Shown in pieces: positions 14,301 to 29,300 of a DNA stretch of 64,000 bases (positions are counted from its first letter, which is position 1; the number at the start of each line of letters is the position of its first letter). Below the pieces are notes generated by a model. That model did not search any database and was not told where the DNA came from. It was given only the letters and a program-made list of their open reading frames with translations. Source of the DNA: Mytilus trossulus. Its lineage: Eukaryota. The stretch covers positions 19,158,001-19,222,000 of the forward strand of contig NC_086383.1 in NCBI RefSeq assembly GCF_036588685.1. The letters run 5' to 3'. The translations under genes were made by a program, and so were the position numbers.

Positions 14301-17300
14301 AAAGATCCCGAGGTGGTGGAAGAATGATGACATGCAATAAGGACAAAAAGAGACAAAAACAAGTGAAACTGTGAGCTACTGCTCACTGATGATACCCCCA
14401 CCGCAAGTGGATAATATTAATAGTGTAAAAATATGCAAGTGTTCGGTAAACAGGAAGTTGTCAAGTGATGAATCTGAAAACGCATCACACGGTATAGCTG
14501 ACTTAAATAAATCCTGAAACCAAATTTGAGAAATCCTTGTATTGTAGTTCCTGAGAAAAATGTGACGAAAATTTCAACTTGGCTATCATGTGTAAAATCA
14601 TACAAGTGTTCGGTAAACAGGAAGTTGTCAAGTGATCAATCTGAAAATGCATCACACGGTATAGTTGACTTATATAAACCCTGAAACCAAATTTCAGAAA
14701 TCCTTGTATTGTAGTTCCTGAGAAAAATGTGACGAAAATTTTCAACTTGGCTATCAAGTGTAAAATCATACAAGTGTTCCGTTAACAGGAAGTTGTCAAG
14801 TGATCAATCTGAAAACGCATCACACGGTATAGTTGACTTATATAAACCTTGAAACCAAATTTCAGAAATCCTTGTATTGTAGTTCCTGAGAAAAATGTGA
14901 CGAAAATTTTCAACTTGGCTATCATGTGTAAAATCATACAAGTGTTCGGTAAACAGGAAGTCTATGAATGATGAATCTGAAAACGCATCACACGGTATGG
15001 CTGACATATATAAATGTTGATACCAATTTACAGAAAGAGTGGATGTGTAGTTCCTGAGAAAAATGTGACGAAAGTTTCATGGGACGGACTGACGGACTGA
15101 CAGACAGAGGTAAAACAGTATACCCAAGCGGGGGTATAATTAAGAAATAATTCATGGAAGCCATAGATTATTGGAAATTTACACATGGCCTGGGCCGTGA
15201 TATTCGAATTTTATCCTGAGCTTTAGCGAGGGATAAAATCAACGAATATCACGGCCCAGGCCATGTGTAAATTTCCAATAATCTATGGCTTCCATGAATT
15301 ATTTCGATTCTAATAGGAAAAATACGATCATTAAAAAAACTGAAGCGAGGGTGGGTAAATTTGTGTGTATGGCTGTTCTTTTTTACTCCCTGTTAGATAA
15401 AGCTAATCATTTTAATAGATCCGTAGCTTGCACGGATTATTTCGTGAACAACTGCTGAAAAAAAATATGCTTCATTCTCAAAACCAACAGTTGTCATGTT
15501 GATTTATATGTTTTTCCCGTGAGCTACCGTCAAATCCAAAGTTGACATTTCGTAACCAATGAGCCGCCATGTTGACTTGCTGAAATCAGTACATATGCGA
15601 ATAATGCAATAGAATAGAAAATCAAACATAACCTACCTTGATAATCAATTTTAATACAATTGTAAACGACATGTCAATAGTTTACGTAACAGAAAACGTT
15701 CAACTCTAGAGTTTTCATTTGTATGACGTCATGTTTTGAAATGACTTAAATGCGCCAAAAACATTAATAGACTTTCACGGAATTTTATTTAATTTTTATT
15801 TTGTTGGTTTCTCCGAGCTCTTATGCATTACTTCTTTTTATTATGCATCCGAATAAGACTAAAAGTGATTTTGTCTTTTCTGAATTGCAATTTTTAAAAC
15901 AATTAAATCGACAAAGGGTTTGCAATTAGGTGTCAATACATGTGGATTTACGTGGGAAGTATATTGTAACAGCCATTATTATGTACACCACGGAGTCTGC
16001 GCTAAGTATAGATATATCGAGAATTTTATCACAGTGTTGTTTACAAAGCGAAAGAAGCACGTCATATTAGAATAACAAATGAATTTATAAAATAAATCTT
16101 GTATCAAAAGAAATATCATTGTATTACTTTTTTTGATATTGTTGTTCCTGAGTAAATAAGTATTAATGTAAGGGTCCTACTAAAATGCGCCCGGGAGCGC
16201 CCGGGTGAAGAAAAAGCGCCCCTGGAAAAGAAAAAGCGCCCGGGGAAGAAAACATAGCGCCTGGGGAAAAGAAAAAGCGACTGGGGAAAATATAAAAAAT
16301 ATTTTGTTGGCTTGAGACAACTTTGTGTCGATGAAATCAGTTATGAACATTGATTTTTTTTTAATTTTAGACAAGTTATTTGCAAATTCAGATAATAGAC
16401 ATTTGTAATGAAGCACAAAAACAAGTAAGAATGTTTCAATTTTAACAATAATATATGAATACTATTTCGAAAGACAGATAATACTGGATCACAGTTAATG
16501 CGGAAGATTTATAAAATGTAACACGTCAAAATACATGTTTTTAAAAACGATATCAACATGAAAAATGTAAAAAAAAAACAACCTTAAATTTAAGTCACAG
16601 ATAAATATTAATTTAATCAAAATTAAATAAATTACACATAATTAATCAGCAGATAAAGCAGTACTATACATGTACCGGAGTTAGAACACGGGGATAAAGA
16701 GCAGGAGTTTTGTGTCAATTTAAAACTTTGCATTAAAACCCTGATAAGCATAGCCATTGGAACAGTTATAGCTTAACAAAAAGATATAATAAATATGTAT
16801 CAGTATCTGAATAAGAAAGTGTTCACCATGCAGTTGCGAAAATATTACACCTCAGGCACTGATTATTTTTAAATAACAAACTTATACATTTTGATTGAGG
16901 ACAATATCGTTCATGATTCTTCTATACACTCTAACTTATATTTAAAGAAAAAAAAAAAAATTTTTGTTTAATTTTTTTATTTTAATTTATAATTTTCTCC
17001 TCCGGGCGCTAATTTCCCTTTTCTGGGCGCTTTTAGGTTTTCCCCGGGCGATTTTTCTTTTCCCGGGCGCTCTCAGGCGCTTTTTAGTAGGACCGTAATG
17101 TAATGGTTTATGATGGTAATATATACATTTATATAAATTATATTATGTATATATAATCAAGGACCTTCGTTTTTTGTGGATAGTTGTCCGGTTAGAAGAC
17201 ATGCAGCATCTTCTTATTTTCGTAAATATTGCGATCATCCTGAACACACATTGGATCTAATAATGTCTTCACTCTTCCTAGTTATATATACTACTTTCAA

Positions 17301-20300
17301 GAAGGGTTTAACATTGGGTTGGTCGTTTAATAAAAACTACTTTGAACTTGTGAGAATTGTTTAGAACTATTCAACATACCGTATTATTTCCTTTCTGTGG
17401 TGTCAGGGAATAAAGTGCATGTCTTAGTTTTTATGCAAACTGTGCAAATTCATTGAATGATTTGTCTTTTTAAAGCTATTCACAACAAGAAAAACTACAA
17501 GTAAGAATATATCAAAAATGATAGGTGTCCACTTATAAATTGAATAGATAATTATGTCTATAGTTATTGTTAAATACAAGTGGACATACACAATCATTTC
17601 AGCTATTCTTTCTGCCAACAGGATTTTAAGATGTGACATTTATGGTCTAGATTTTTGACTTTGTACAAGCACCAAATGTTGTTTAAAGTAACAGTTGATG
17701 TCTTTATTTAGATGTCTTCCATTTAACTTATCTATTTTGTTCATATGTGTATTGTTGAGAGGGAAAAACATTTTAAAAAACCATGTTCAACCACACTGCC
17801 TGTTTACCATCTAACAACAGCAAAAATTTGGAAAGCAGGTAAAAAATGTGGTGTTTGTAGCTTTATAATAAATTTCATTATTATACTTTCAACTACTATT
17901 CAACCTTGAATCAACTTTGAATGGATGTTGAAACTTCAACGTTGAAATGACAACGTTATTTCAAATTTTTAAAATCAAACATAAATTTTACATTGTTTCA
18001 ACGTTGAATCAACTTTGTTTCAATGTTGAATCAACGTTGAGTGCCTGCTGGGCAGTGATCTCCCCTTTCTCACCCAATTGACTGCCATAAGAATGATCCC
18101 ATTTTTCTCTAATTTTGGTGCTATTTTCACATTTCTTGATCTGTGCGAGAAAAATATCCCTCACTATGTTGAAATATCTGTTCTCGGAAAATGATAGTTG
18201 AAATTTGATTATGACGTCGAAATGTTTTGTTTTCTTCTGAATTTTCCTATTGTGACGTCATGAAAAAAGGCGATTCTGACCCTATAACTTATGAATAACT
18301 ATATTTCTCCACTCTTGTCAGTTAAATCTTAATTATTTGAAAAGCTCGGCAAGCCTTACGCTTAATAAATAATAAAATTTAACTGTCTCATGTGGAGAAA
18401 TATGGTAATACACTTAAGCTTGTTGCAGTGTGGGAATAAATATTGTAGCTATGCTTCTAAAATGTTGTAAATTACAAAATTTTCAAGAAAAAAATATCTC
18501 ACAAACAGGCTTTCAAAATTTTGGCAAAATGCATGCTTCCAAAATGTTGTATGTGAACTTGAACTTTTTTGTAAATAGCAGTGAAATAAAAACTTTGACA
18601 TTTCTGGATTATCCAAGAACTTAATTATTTTCACAGAAATAAAGAAATGTACAATTATTTTTTTCATAAAGCAATTCTACAACAATATTCAAGTTTTTAT
18701 ACAACATTTTGGAAGCAAACTTTACAAACAACTGACATTGGCAATTTTGTAATATGTCTTATTTCACACATTTTGATTGGTCTAACTGTATGCTATTTTG
18801 TAAAACCAAAGATTTCCTCCCCCCAGACCATTTGTGTCAAAAAGTATTTTTTGCCAAAAAAGTCATATACAACATTTTAGAAGCCAATATATATCTCATG
18901 TCTCTCACCTGATTTATTGCCATAAGTATGATCATAGATCATCTCTTGATAGATAACTTGTTTGGACTCTATCACGTCATAACTACTGTAATATCCACAC
19001 CGGAACTTATCTTCAAAGTCACAACTTATACTTCTATCTGTAACAAGAAACATCTTATCTTTAGGAATGTATTAATTCTGGCATCCATTAGATAATATAA
19101 AAAGTTAGGGCTGTGTTTTAATTTATAAGACAAAAATAGGGGGGATGGGAGACACTCTAATTAATTAAATATGGGTGGATGAATTTTCATCAGATCACAA
19201 AGAGTATTCATTATTTTAATGAATAATAAGTAAAAAATATTATATTATTGAGTCTCTTTAAGGTGGTACCCAACACTTTCCCCAAAATAAATTTGGCTCT
19301 TTTAATTTTCTTAAAATTTTAAAAAGTATTTACTGTGACCCTTTTACAAAGATATAAAAAAAATCAAAAAATATGAACCAAGCGTTTAATCAGAAAAATT
19401 ACACTGGTTATATAGCAGTTTAACAAACACTAATTTTGATCATTGAGAAGCTTTCCATTGCCTTCACAATGCAACCTAATTCAAACGTTTAGCTGATATT
19501 ACAGAGTTATCTCCCTGTATTGTTAGGTACCACCTTAATAACCAGTAAATTTGTTTTTAACAATGATAACATTACTATTTCTCCAGTAGTTTTATATATG
19601 AAAATATTTTCCCAATATGAATATTTTTGTTTTATTAGTACAATATTGAATACACCTTATCGCTATTTATCCGCCATTGCTGGAAGTTCACACAGGTTCC
19701 CGTAAAATGTTGACGTCACAAAACAAAATATCTGACGCCACAATGGAAAAGTGATTGTTGTTGACGTCAAAAGTTCAAGCGGCAGGGTCAGCCGGGATTA
19801 GCGATAAGGTGTATTGCACGATTATTCAGTAGCTATAGTGAAATCTGTTTTTTAATGATTTCGAAAATTAGAAAGTAAACTTTGTTTTCCGTCATCCAAT
19901 TATCTGTAAATTGATGTGTTCTTGCTTAGATCTCCATTATGGTCACTAAAGGGAAATAACATTTGATCAAAATGAATTAAGTGTAACATATTTAGAAATT
20001 TTTTAATTTGAATCTGAAGGTGGTACCCGACACCTTGACTAAAATTAATTTGCCCCATTTAATTTTCATAAAATTTTACAAAGCATTTATTTTAATCCTT
20101 TGACAAAAATATAAAAATTTCAAAAAATTTCAACCGACCATTTTATCAAAAAAATTACACTGGTTATATAGCAGTTTGACATGCACTAGTTTTGATCTTT
20201 GAGAAGTTTAATATTCCCTTAACTACACAATGTGATTAAAACATTTAGCTGATTTTACAGAGTTATCTCCCTGTAGTGTCAGGTACCACCTTAATAAACA

Positions 20301-23300
20301 GCTTACCACACAATGTTGTCTCATCGGAATGATCGTCACAGTCAAAATTGAGATCACAAACTTTACTCAAATCTATACAATAATAACCACAACTAAACTG
20401 TCCTGGACATGCTGAAAAATAAAATAATATTATACAGTGAAACCTATCTTAACTGTCCTGGACATGCTGAAAAATAAAATATTATTATACACAACTTTCT
20501 ATTTGTTGTTATTGGCCTTGAACTAAGTTTTCAGTGAATGTGAGTACTCTCAATATGTATGCATTGTGTCTTTTAGTTTTGTTTTTTGTAACCTTTTTTT
20601 GTGTGCTTTTTTTCAAGTCTGATGAACCTTATTCAAATGATTTTAATAGTTGTTCTCATGTTGTTCTGTTCCATTACCGACCCAGGTTAAACAGTGGCTT
20701 GACCACCTGCAAACAAGTTCAACCCTGAGCCAAATTTTTTGCTTGATTGTCCAAAGTCAGGAGCCTGTAATTCAGTGGATGTTGTTTGTTGCTGTTTATC
20801 ATATACTGTGGATTCATTAATTTTCTTGGGTACCAAATTTCGTGGATTCAGGAAAACTTGCATGTTCGTTGATATTTAATTTCGTGGTTTTGCAAGGACT
20901 GCTTGCACACCTATATAAAATATGCCATTTGTTGAACATTTAATTTCGTGGTTCACTTGTACCCAAGATAACTACGAAAATTGGTATCCAACGAAAAATA
21001 ATGAGTCCACAGTATTTGTTTTCCTTTAGTAGGCAGTAAGTTTTTATATTTGAATTGTTTTACATTATTCATTTTGTAGCCTTTAAAGCTTGCTATGAGG
21101 TATTGGATTTGCATTTTGTTGATGGCATTACTGTGACCTAAAGCTGCTTACTTTACACCATTTGTTCTATGTTGGAAAGTTGTTTCATAGGCAATTATAC
21201 CACATCTTCTTGTTGTTATACCTAATCTAAAAACCTTCATCATCTGAGAAATGAATGAACAGTTAATGGATGGATAGATAGATATGGTCAGTTGCACAGA
21301 CCAAAAAAATAATGCCAATTTAAATATCGTAGACAGGGAAGGAAATTACCAAATCTAAAAATTCTTGTCGGGGAAATTTTGTACATAGAATTTTTGTTGA
21401 TACATGTATTGACTTTTAATTGACTTCTGTGTGAGCCAAGACCGTATTTTGACCTAAAAATATTTTTTTTTGGACAAATTGTGACTATAATGGAGAGTTG
21501 TCTCATTGACACTCATCACATCTTCTTATATCTATGTATTTTTTAAAAAAGATTTGTAAGTTCAGTAAGGTATATATTTGGCTTGATTATTTAGATGTTT
21601 TAGGATAAAGAATGTTTGAGTTGATAAAAACACTTGTGATACGTTAAATAGAATGTATTTTTGTCAAAGTTTTATTTGAAAGCATTGTAAACCAATTTGT
21701 ATTCGTGGATACTTTACTTTACATTTTCTAGTCCAATTGTTTTTTCAATTTCCAGATGTTCTGATTCACTGGAGGTAAACAGATAAGGGAAAATACAAGT
21801 TTAATGTTTCTGTGACGATTTTAATTCGTGTTAAGTTACATTAGTACTTGTGAAAATCAGGAAAATAAATTGCTTGCAAAAATTGGTAGGTTTACAGTAA
21901 TTATAGTTAAAATAAAAGTGTACTTACTTATCTCTTGACAATCTCCTGGTACAATAGCAATGTTATCAATTCCGGCCTGTCCAAGTTGCATGTCAATAAT
22001 TAGAGAAGCATCTGTTAAATTTCCTGTATATTCAAACTGTCCTCGATTCCAACTGCCTGAGTCTCTTCTCATACTCCATGCAGGGGTCCAAACAACATTT
22101 CCGAAACGGTATGACATCATATATATAGATAATGACACATTATATCCTGCCAGAAACTTAGTATAGTAATCAAAAGTTATACAGGATTTCTCTGTTACTG
22201 ATAACATTGGTGATAACACACTGCAGCCGTCTTGGAAGTTACTAGAATTACAATATAAAAACCGTCCTACAAAAAACAAAAACATGTTAAAAGCTTTTGT
22301 GAAATCATTTAATTTTGTGGATACAAGTTTTTGGTAGATTGAGGAAAAAGTTGAATTGTCATTCATATTTGGTTCAATAATTCTCAAATTCTGGATTCAA
22401 GCCTGCGGAAGATGTTTTCTTCGTTGAATGTTTGTTTAACTTATACCCACTCAAACAGCTATTCAATTTACTGTGGATTCATTAATTTTCATGGGTACCA
22501 ATTTTCGTGGATTTAGAAAAACTTGCATGTTCGTCGATATTTTATTTCATGGTTTTGCAGAAGTCTGCGTGTATGCCTATATAAAATATGTCATTACATT
22601 TGATTTTGTGGTTCACTTGCACCCATGAAAACCACGAAAATTGGTATACAACGAAAAATAATGAATTCACAGTATGATTTTAGATTTGAAGAAATTGATT
22701 GAAATAATGGAAGATCTTCAAAAGTCAATAAGTAGCATGTACCAATATCTGAACTTAAAACATGACCTTGACCTCCGACATTTTGCTTTATTACCAAATA
22801 AAAGCTATATCAATCTGAACACCTTCTGTTTTATACTGTATGGTTTTAATTTGTTACAATTTTTTTAACAAAATTTAAATCTTCAAAGGTCAATAACTAG
22901 AACATACCAGTATCTGAACTAGCTACAGCAGCCATATTGTCTGAATCATGTGATGCTGACGTCCAACCACTATCACTTAACAGATTAGTGTTATTTCTGT
23001 AACCACATAGGAAAGTCTCATCCTCAAAATCACATGGTACAGTGGTCCCTACAAAATAAATATATGTATGCAGAAATAATTGTACGTTTTTAATATGAGG
23101 CAGGCATTACCTGTGAACGCTGTCATTAGGTAACGTCTTTTTTATAACAAACAATTTTTAAAATTTTTAAAAATGAATTTTTATTGAGTTCCTTTCTTTG
23201 ACTGATAAATATAAATTTTATTCAGTCTCATGCAAACAAGACCAGAAACGGAAGTAGATATCTGCGCAGACCTGGAAATTACAAAACGAATTTGAGTTCA

Positions 23301-26300
23301 TTAGTACAATGAAAAATTTGGGACTTTTCCTGTCAGATTTTTTTTCTACTGTAATTCAAATAATAATGCAACTGAGTGAGTATAGCAATATGTAGGAACT
23401 TATATTTTGATATCAGATTTACATATACAATTGTATGTAGATTTTTTTTTAAATTGGAAAACTAACCTTGTATTTCTGTCCTTTCCACAAAAATTGTCAC
23501 ACATGTAAATACAAATGCACACAATAAAATCTGAATTTACAGTACACAGAAATAAGACAGTGAGCATCAAGTCTGTCTAAAACAAGGATAAAAGATTCTG
23601 CCCTGATTAAAACATATTGTCCATTTTTGTTTGCACCAGTGTTCAAGGTTAGTTGAGGGTAAGGCACCCGCCAATATGGTTAAACACAGTCACCTTGTAT
23701 TTGTGTGTGTCCTTAATTCAGGATCCTAGTGTCATTCACAGCTTATCATTGGTAACAGGTCACAAGTGCCATTGTTATATTTCATATTTTCTTTGTTTAT
23801 AGTTTCAGCATCAGTCTGTTATTTTTCTCTGTTAAATGTTTTGTATTTTGAAATGTTTGGGTTCTTTTATATAGCTAACTATAATGTGTGGATTTGGTCA
23901 TTGTTGAAGGCTGTATAGTGAACTTAATGACCTCAAACCTACATCCTTTGTTCTCAGGTGAATAGTTGTCTCACATTTTTTAATTAAAGTCAAATAATTT
24001 CCCACAAAATGTGGTTTCACAATCTGTGAAAAAGTGATTTTACATGATGCTAGAAAGTTATTTGGAGGCAGATCTGGGATCTTTCTAAGAAAAGTATGCC
24101 AATTACCCTCAAGCGTAAGTACATCTAATAGAAAAATAACTTTAAATATTACCTGGGCAACTGCCATCCATAACATAAATATTATCTACTGCTATATCTC
24201 CTTTAAATCCTGAAGCTTTGGTTGCCACAAAATATATATTCTGTTCTGTGCCAGATGGTAAGGAGACACACCCTTTAATCCATGCCATATCCTGCTGCCC
24301 TGTCTTAGTCCAGAGCTGGGTAACAGTAGATGTACCTGTGTCATGTGACATAATGTCTAGTGTGCCGATATCATCTCCTAACATGTGGTAGGAGAAATAT
24401 AAACTGCTGGGATTATTACTGGTGAATGATGGGAAGGATAAGTAGGTTGTATCGCCTGGATTACCATGGGAACTCTCAACATACATAAAATGTCCTGTAA
24501 ATGAAAACATACTTTGATATTATCCCTCTGTGAATGATAATGACAATTACAACAATGTCTCTTGGTTATTTATGACTGATAAAAAGATGCAAAGTATGAA
24601 TATCTCAGATAAACTAGAAAGAATTTACATACACTATCTTAAACATGTATAATTTTTACTAAATCTGTACTGAATAGAAGAGAAAATATTTCAAAATTAA
24701 GTCAGTCCCACTAAAAAAACTGCATTTGCAGGGGCAGACCCAGCCATTTTAAAAAGAGGGGATTCCCAACCCAGGACAAAAAAAGGGGGGGTTCAATCTA
24801 TATGTCCCCATTCAAATGCATTGATCGGCCCAATAAAAAGGGGGGTTCCAACCCCGGAACCCCCCCTGGATCTGCCACTGATTTGCTAGTCTTTTCCAAA
24901 CAACATTGGTACCCATGAAGATAAATCAATTCATAGTAATTATCTCCCTGTATGGTATGGGGGACAGTACAAGCATGCTATTTGTCCTACATTGTAGGGA
25001 ATTTAGACACATTTAAAAGTACATATAATGGAAGCGTAATGCTTAGCACCATTTTTTTCTTTAATCATTATATTCTGTAGTGTAGCAAACATAATGTATA
25101 AATTACCTGCAAGATTTCCATAAGCATCACCATATGGCCCCGTGTTATCTGATGGGGTCTTACTTTGCTGTCTGGACCATTGATATTTAGACCCTATGGT
25201 ACAATTGGAGGAGTACTGACAAGTGTTGGTCCCCTCAAAGTTACATGTAACTTCATCCAGTCGTTCTGCAAATATATTAGAATACATCTACATACAATTT
25301 TTTTTTCAAAATTAAAAGCAGGCAAATATGACCTGTAACAATTCTTAACTGTTGGTTTCATATAAACAAAACTAATATAGAACAGTATACCTAAGAATAC
25401 CCTGAACTTTTAAATTTATACCTATACTAAAGAAATTATTCTTTAAAATTTGAACATTGAAAAAATTAATGGTAAGTAAAAAAGGTCAGTGGAATTAAAT
25501 GATCATACTTGAAAATGTGAAAACTTAAAACATATGGAATTAAAACATTTCTATGGTTTAAGAAGTTTTCATTGTAATAATAGTAATTAATTCATCACAA
25601 AAATTAGCCATTTCACAATCAATTGCATCCTGCCAATTTCTGGGTGATATTTTCAAAAGGGTACACCAAAACTTTGTGATTGGTTTAAAATGTCAAGAAC
25701 AATAGAATTTCAACCAATGATGTGAAATTCATTCTGGTGTACAAACAATGAGATTACCAATAGTCCTTTAGATTCTGAAAAGATAAATATTGACACTTAC
25801 CTTGACACATTCCATCTGAAATCACGACATCATCAAGAGCGAACACAGAATCGCATCCGTCACCCAAAACAGCGGAAAATGTTACAGATGCATTACCGGT
25901 TGGTAGATTTACACAGGAATAATACCATTCGTCACTCTGACTTCCAGCCATTGAAAATACCAAAGACGTTTGGACTACAGTACCGTGTTGGTTTACAGAA
26001 ACTTGGAATGTTCCCATGTTGAGTCCATTCATGTGGTAGTAGAACGATGCCTTCATTGGTTTGGATGGCTGCACCTCAAATGGAACGGTGGTAAGATGGG
26101 CAAGGTTTCCTTCAAATGTGTTGGGCAAACATGTTGAAGTATACATGTAACCTCCTACAAGAATAAGGAAATCATCTGTATATCAAAAATAAAAAAAACA
26201 TGTATTTCAGGACACAAATGCCCCAACTCAAATTGGTTTGACAGATGGTAAGACAAAACAACTTAAGGGGGAAAGGACGGAAAGACAAAAGGACAGATGG

Positions 26301-29300
26301 ATTGGAAACAGAAAGACAGAAAGACGAAGGTTAAGGTTACAATTAATGCCCCTGCAAAAGCCTCCATTGTCAACGACTGGGGCATAAAAAGTTTTAAATC
26401 TCTTTGAAAAACTATACATTAACCAAACATGATTAATGGTCAAATACACAATATTGACCATTATGCATTTTGTTTTCATTTCTTTAGTATCAAATAAGTA
26501 GAAAATCACTCAAACATTTCAAAGCATTATATATTTATTGTAATGATATAAACATAACAAGAACGCATGCTAAGCATGCACTTACTTGTAATTCAAAGTA
26601 TTGGTAGACAGGAAGTAGGTGTCTGACAGATCTGCCTGTTCAGTTGCAGACCAGTATACAATTATCAAATCAGGGATCCAGGAAAAACCTACCTGAACTG
26701 GTACCTTCTGTATGATCTACTCTTGGTACATACTGTGCCGCCATGGAAGAATAGTTTTGCATCAGATTGTATGTTCCCCAATTCCATGCAAAGGGTGACT
26801 CTGACAATCTGGTGTAACGACAGAATGTGGCCGACTGGAAATCACATGACGCAAAATCTACAATAGAAAGGTTCATAAAGAGGGTCTCAAAAGGTTTTAA
26901 TGAATAATCTAATATGATGTGCTTCTTTTGTTTTGTAACCAAAACCTTGATAAAATTCTTAATATATCTATACTTGGCACAGACCCTGAGATGTACATAA
27001 TTATGGCTGTTACAATATATCTCTACTTAAATACACATGTATTGTGTATAACCTACATAATTATGGCTGTTACAATATATCTCTACTTAAATACACATGT
27101 ATTGTGTATAACCTACATAATTATGGCTGTTACAATATATCTCTACTTAAATACACATGTATTGTGTATAACCTACATAATTATGGCTGTTACAATATAT
27201 CTCTACTTAAATACACATGTATTGTGTATAACCTACATAATTATGGCTGTTACAATATATCTCTACTTAAATACACATGTATTGTGTATAACCTACATAA
27301 TTATGGCTGTTACAATATATCTCTACTTAAATACACATGTATTGTGTATAACCTACATAATTATGGCTGTTACAATATATCTCTACTTAAATACACATGT
27401 ATTGTGTATAACCTACATAATTATGGCTGTTACAATATATCTCTACTTAAATACACATGTATTGTGTATAACCTACATAATTATGGCTGTTACAATATAT
27501 CTCTACTTAAATACACATGTATTGTGTATAACCTACATAATTATGGCTGTTACAATATATCTCTACTTAAATACACATGTATTGTGTATAACCTACATAA
27601 TTATGGCTGTTACAATATATCTCTACTTAAATACACATGTATTGTGTATAACCTACATAATTATGGCTGTTACAATATATCTCTACTTAAATACACATGT
27701 ATTGTGTATAACCTATGTCCAAATGTTATACAATATACAGATTAAAGAAATTGCTGATTCAAAATTGCAATTGAAAAACTTACAGTTTCTTTTTTGTTAT
27801 TATGAGGCTTTTTTTTCATCACATCAAATTGACTGTTTTTAAACCTGTTTAGCTAACAGAATCGATTCAAAGAACAAAAAGAGTTTAAATTAACATGACT
27901 GTTTTTAACCTGTTTAACTCAAAGGAACAAAAGTTTTGTTTTTCCCAGATTAGAATCAGTAGGTTGCATTCATGGAAAAGCGATCAGGATTGTAGTTACG
28001 ACAATAGAAGTATAAACTTACGTGGACATTCAGTTCCTAACAGTTCAACATCATCTACTTCTATATCATTAGCATATGAGCTCCCTCTAGTGGCAACAAA
28101 TTCAAGTTGACCATTGATTATCTCCCCTGTGGTGAACTCTGACATTGGCACACAAGCTGATTCCCATGATCCATAGGTGTCCAGAGAGTCTTTCAGGAAT
28201 ATTTGTTTTGTTTCTCCATTGTGGTTCAAATTTACCTTGAATAAAATAAACATGATCTTTGATAAGTATTTGTTTTGTTACTCCATTATGGTTCAAATTC
28301 ACCTTGAATAAAAGAAAACCTGATTATTTGGAATATAATGTATAAAGTTATAAAGGGACATAACCAATATAAAGTTATATAGGGACAAGGCTAACTCAAG
28401 TTAAAGAAGGAAAACAAAAATTCAGCAATTTTTGCATTTGCAAAGGAGCATAACTCCTGTAACAATTAAAGTGACACCCCTAAAATTTAAACTTGATCTG
28501 TATTTTGTGGTAATAAGCATTGTGTATAAGTCTCATAACATTTGGTTAAGGTGAAGATAAGAGAATGGAATTCAACTTTGGTAGGTACAGACAACCAATA
28601 GTAACTCTTAATGCCCCCTCTGATGGGGGCGTGATGGGGGCATAAAAAGTCTTTCTCCAGGCACTTCAACCACCAATAAAAAAGGGCCACCATGAAATAG
28701 CCCAAAGGCGGTGCTTAAAAGTGGCGTTAAAAATGCAAAATATCAAATCAAATCAAATACTGGAATACCTGTAAAGATCCACTACAGCTATCATTTCTGC
28801 TGCCAGTATTCCTATATTTTAATTTCAGATTGTGACTGGTTGTGGCATTGAGTGGCAATGTAAATTTGGCCTTGTCCTCATGTCTTCCAAATGATGCATC
28901 TGCTGTTAGATATTTACCAGCATCTAGGTGGAGTAAAAAAAAAAAGTTAGTGGAAAAAAAAACAATCAATAAGAATAAATTAATATGAAAACAATATTGT
29001 TAAAAAGCAGCAAAAATGGCTAGAAAAGACTTAACACTAAATATAGAATTGTCAAAGTTAAATTGGTCAATCTGAAAATTGTGCAGTTATTATCTTTTAT
29101 TATACAAACCACTAGAAGATCCTAGAACTAAGCAGACCAAAATAAGTGTATAGGAAGATTGTGCATGTAAGCAAATAATGTGATTCATCCTCCAAATATG
29201 ATATTGCATGAATTAAAGTATACAACATAAGTTCACTAAGAATATTTTAGCATGCTTCTTAAGTACAGAGGTGTCTTAATTGTTTTTTTACATACTATAA

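Larger units (their letters stand above)
12339..18052. mobile_element. Non-autonomous CACTA/EnSpm-like DNA transposon (~5.7 kb including nested inserts)
   Basis: 20-bp TIR CCCAGCAGGCACTCAACGTT / AACGTTGAGTGCCTGCTGGG, 2-bp TSD CA, clustered subterminal TCAACGTTGA repeats at both ends. Confidence 0.8.

Noticed and set aside
14388-14410. CTGATGA here and at ~62078 as further hammerheads or C/D boxes
   Set aside because: No correctly spaced stem II plus GAAA box and no supporting terminal stem.
25620-25790. Shared ORF tail FQNLKDY(W/G) here and at ~58499-58530, suggesting alternative C-termini
   Set aside because: Both lie past splice donors in copies of one dispersed repeat (third, inverted copy at ~56640-56815), so the similarity is intronic repeat sequence.
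26919-27842. 307-aa and 233-aa plus-strand ORFs
   Set aside because: Products of a stop-free 60-bp tandem repeat, antisense within an intron, with no other coding evidence.
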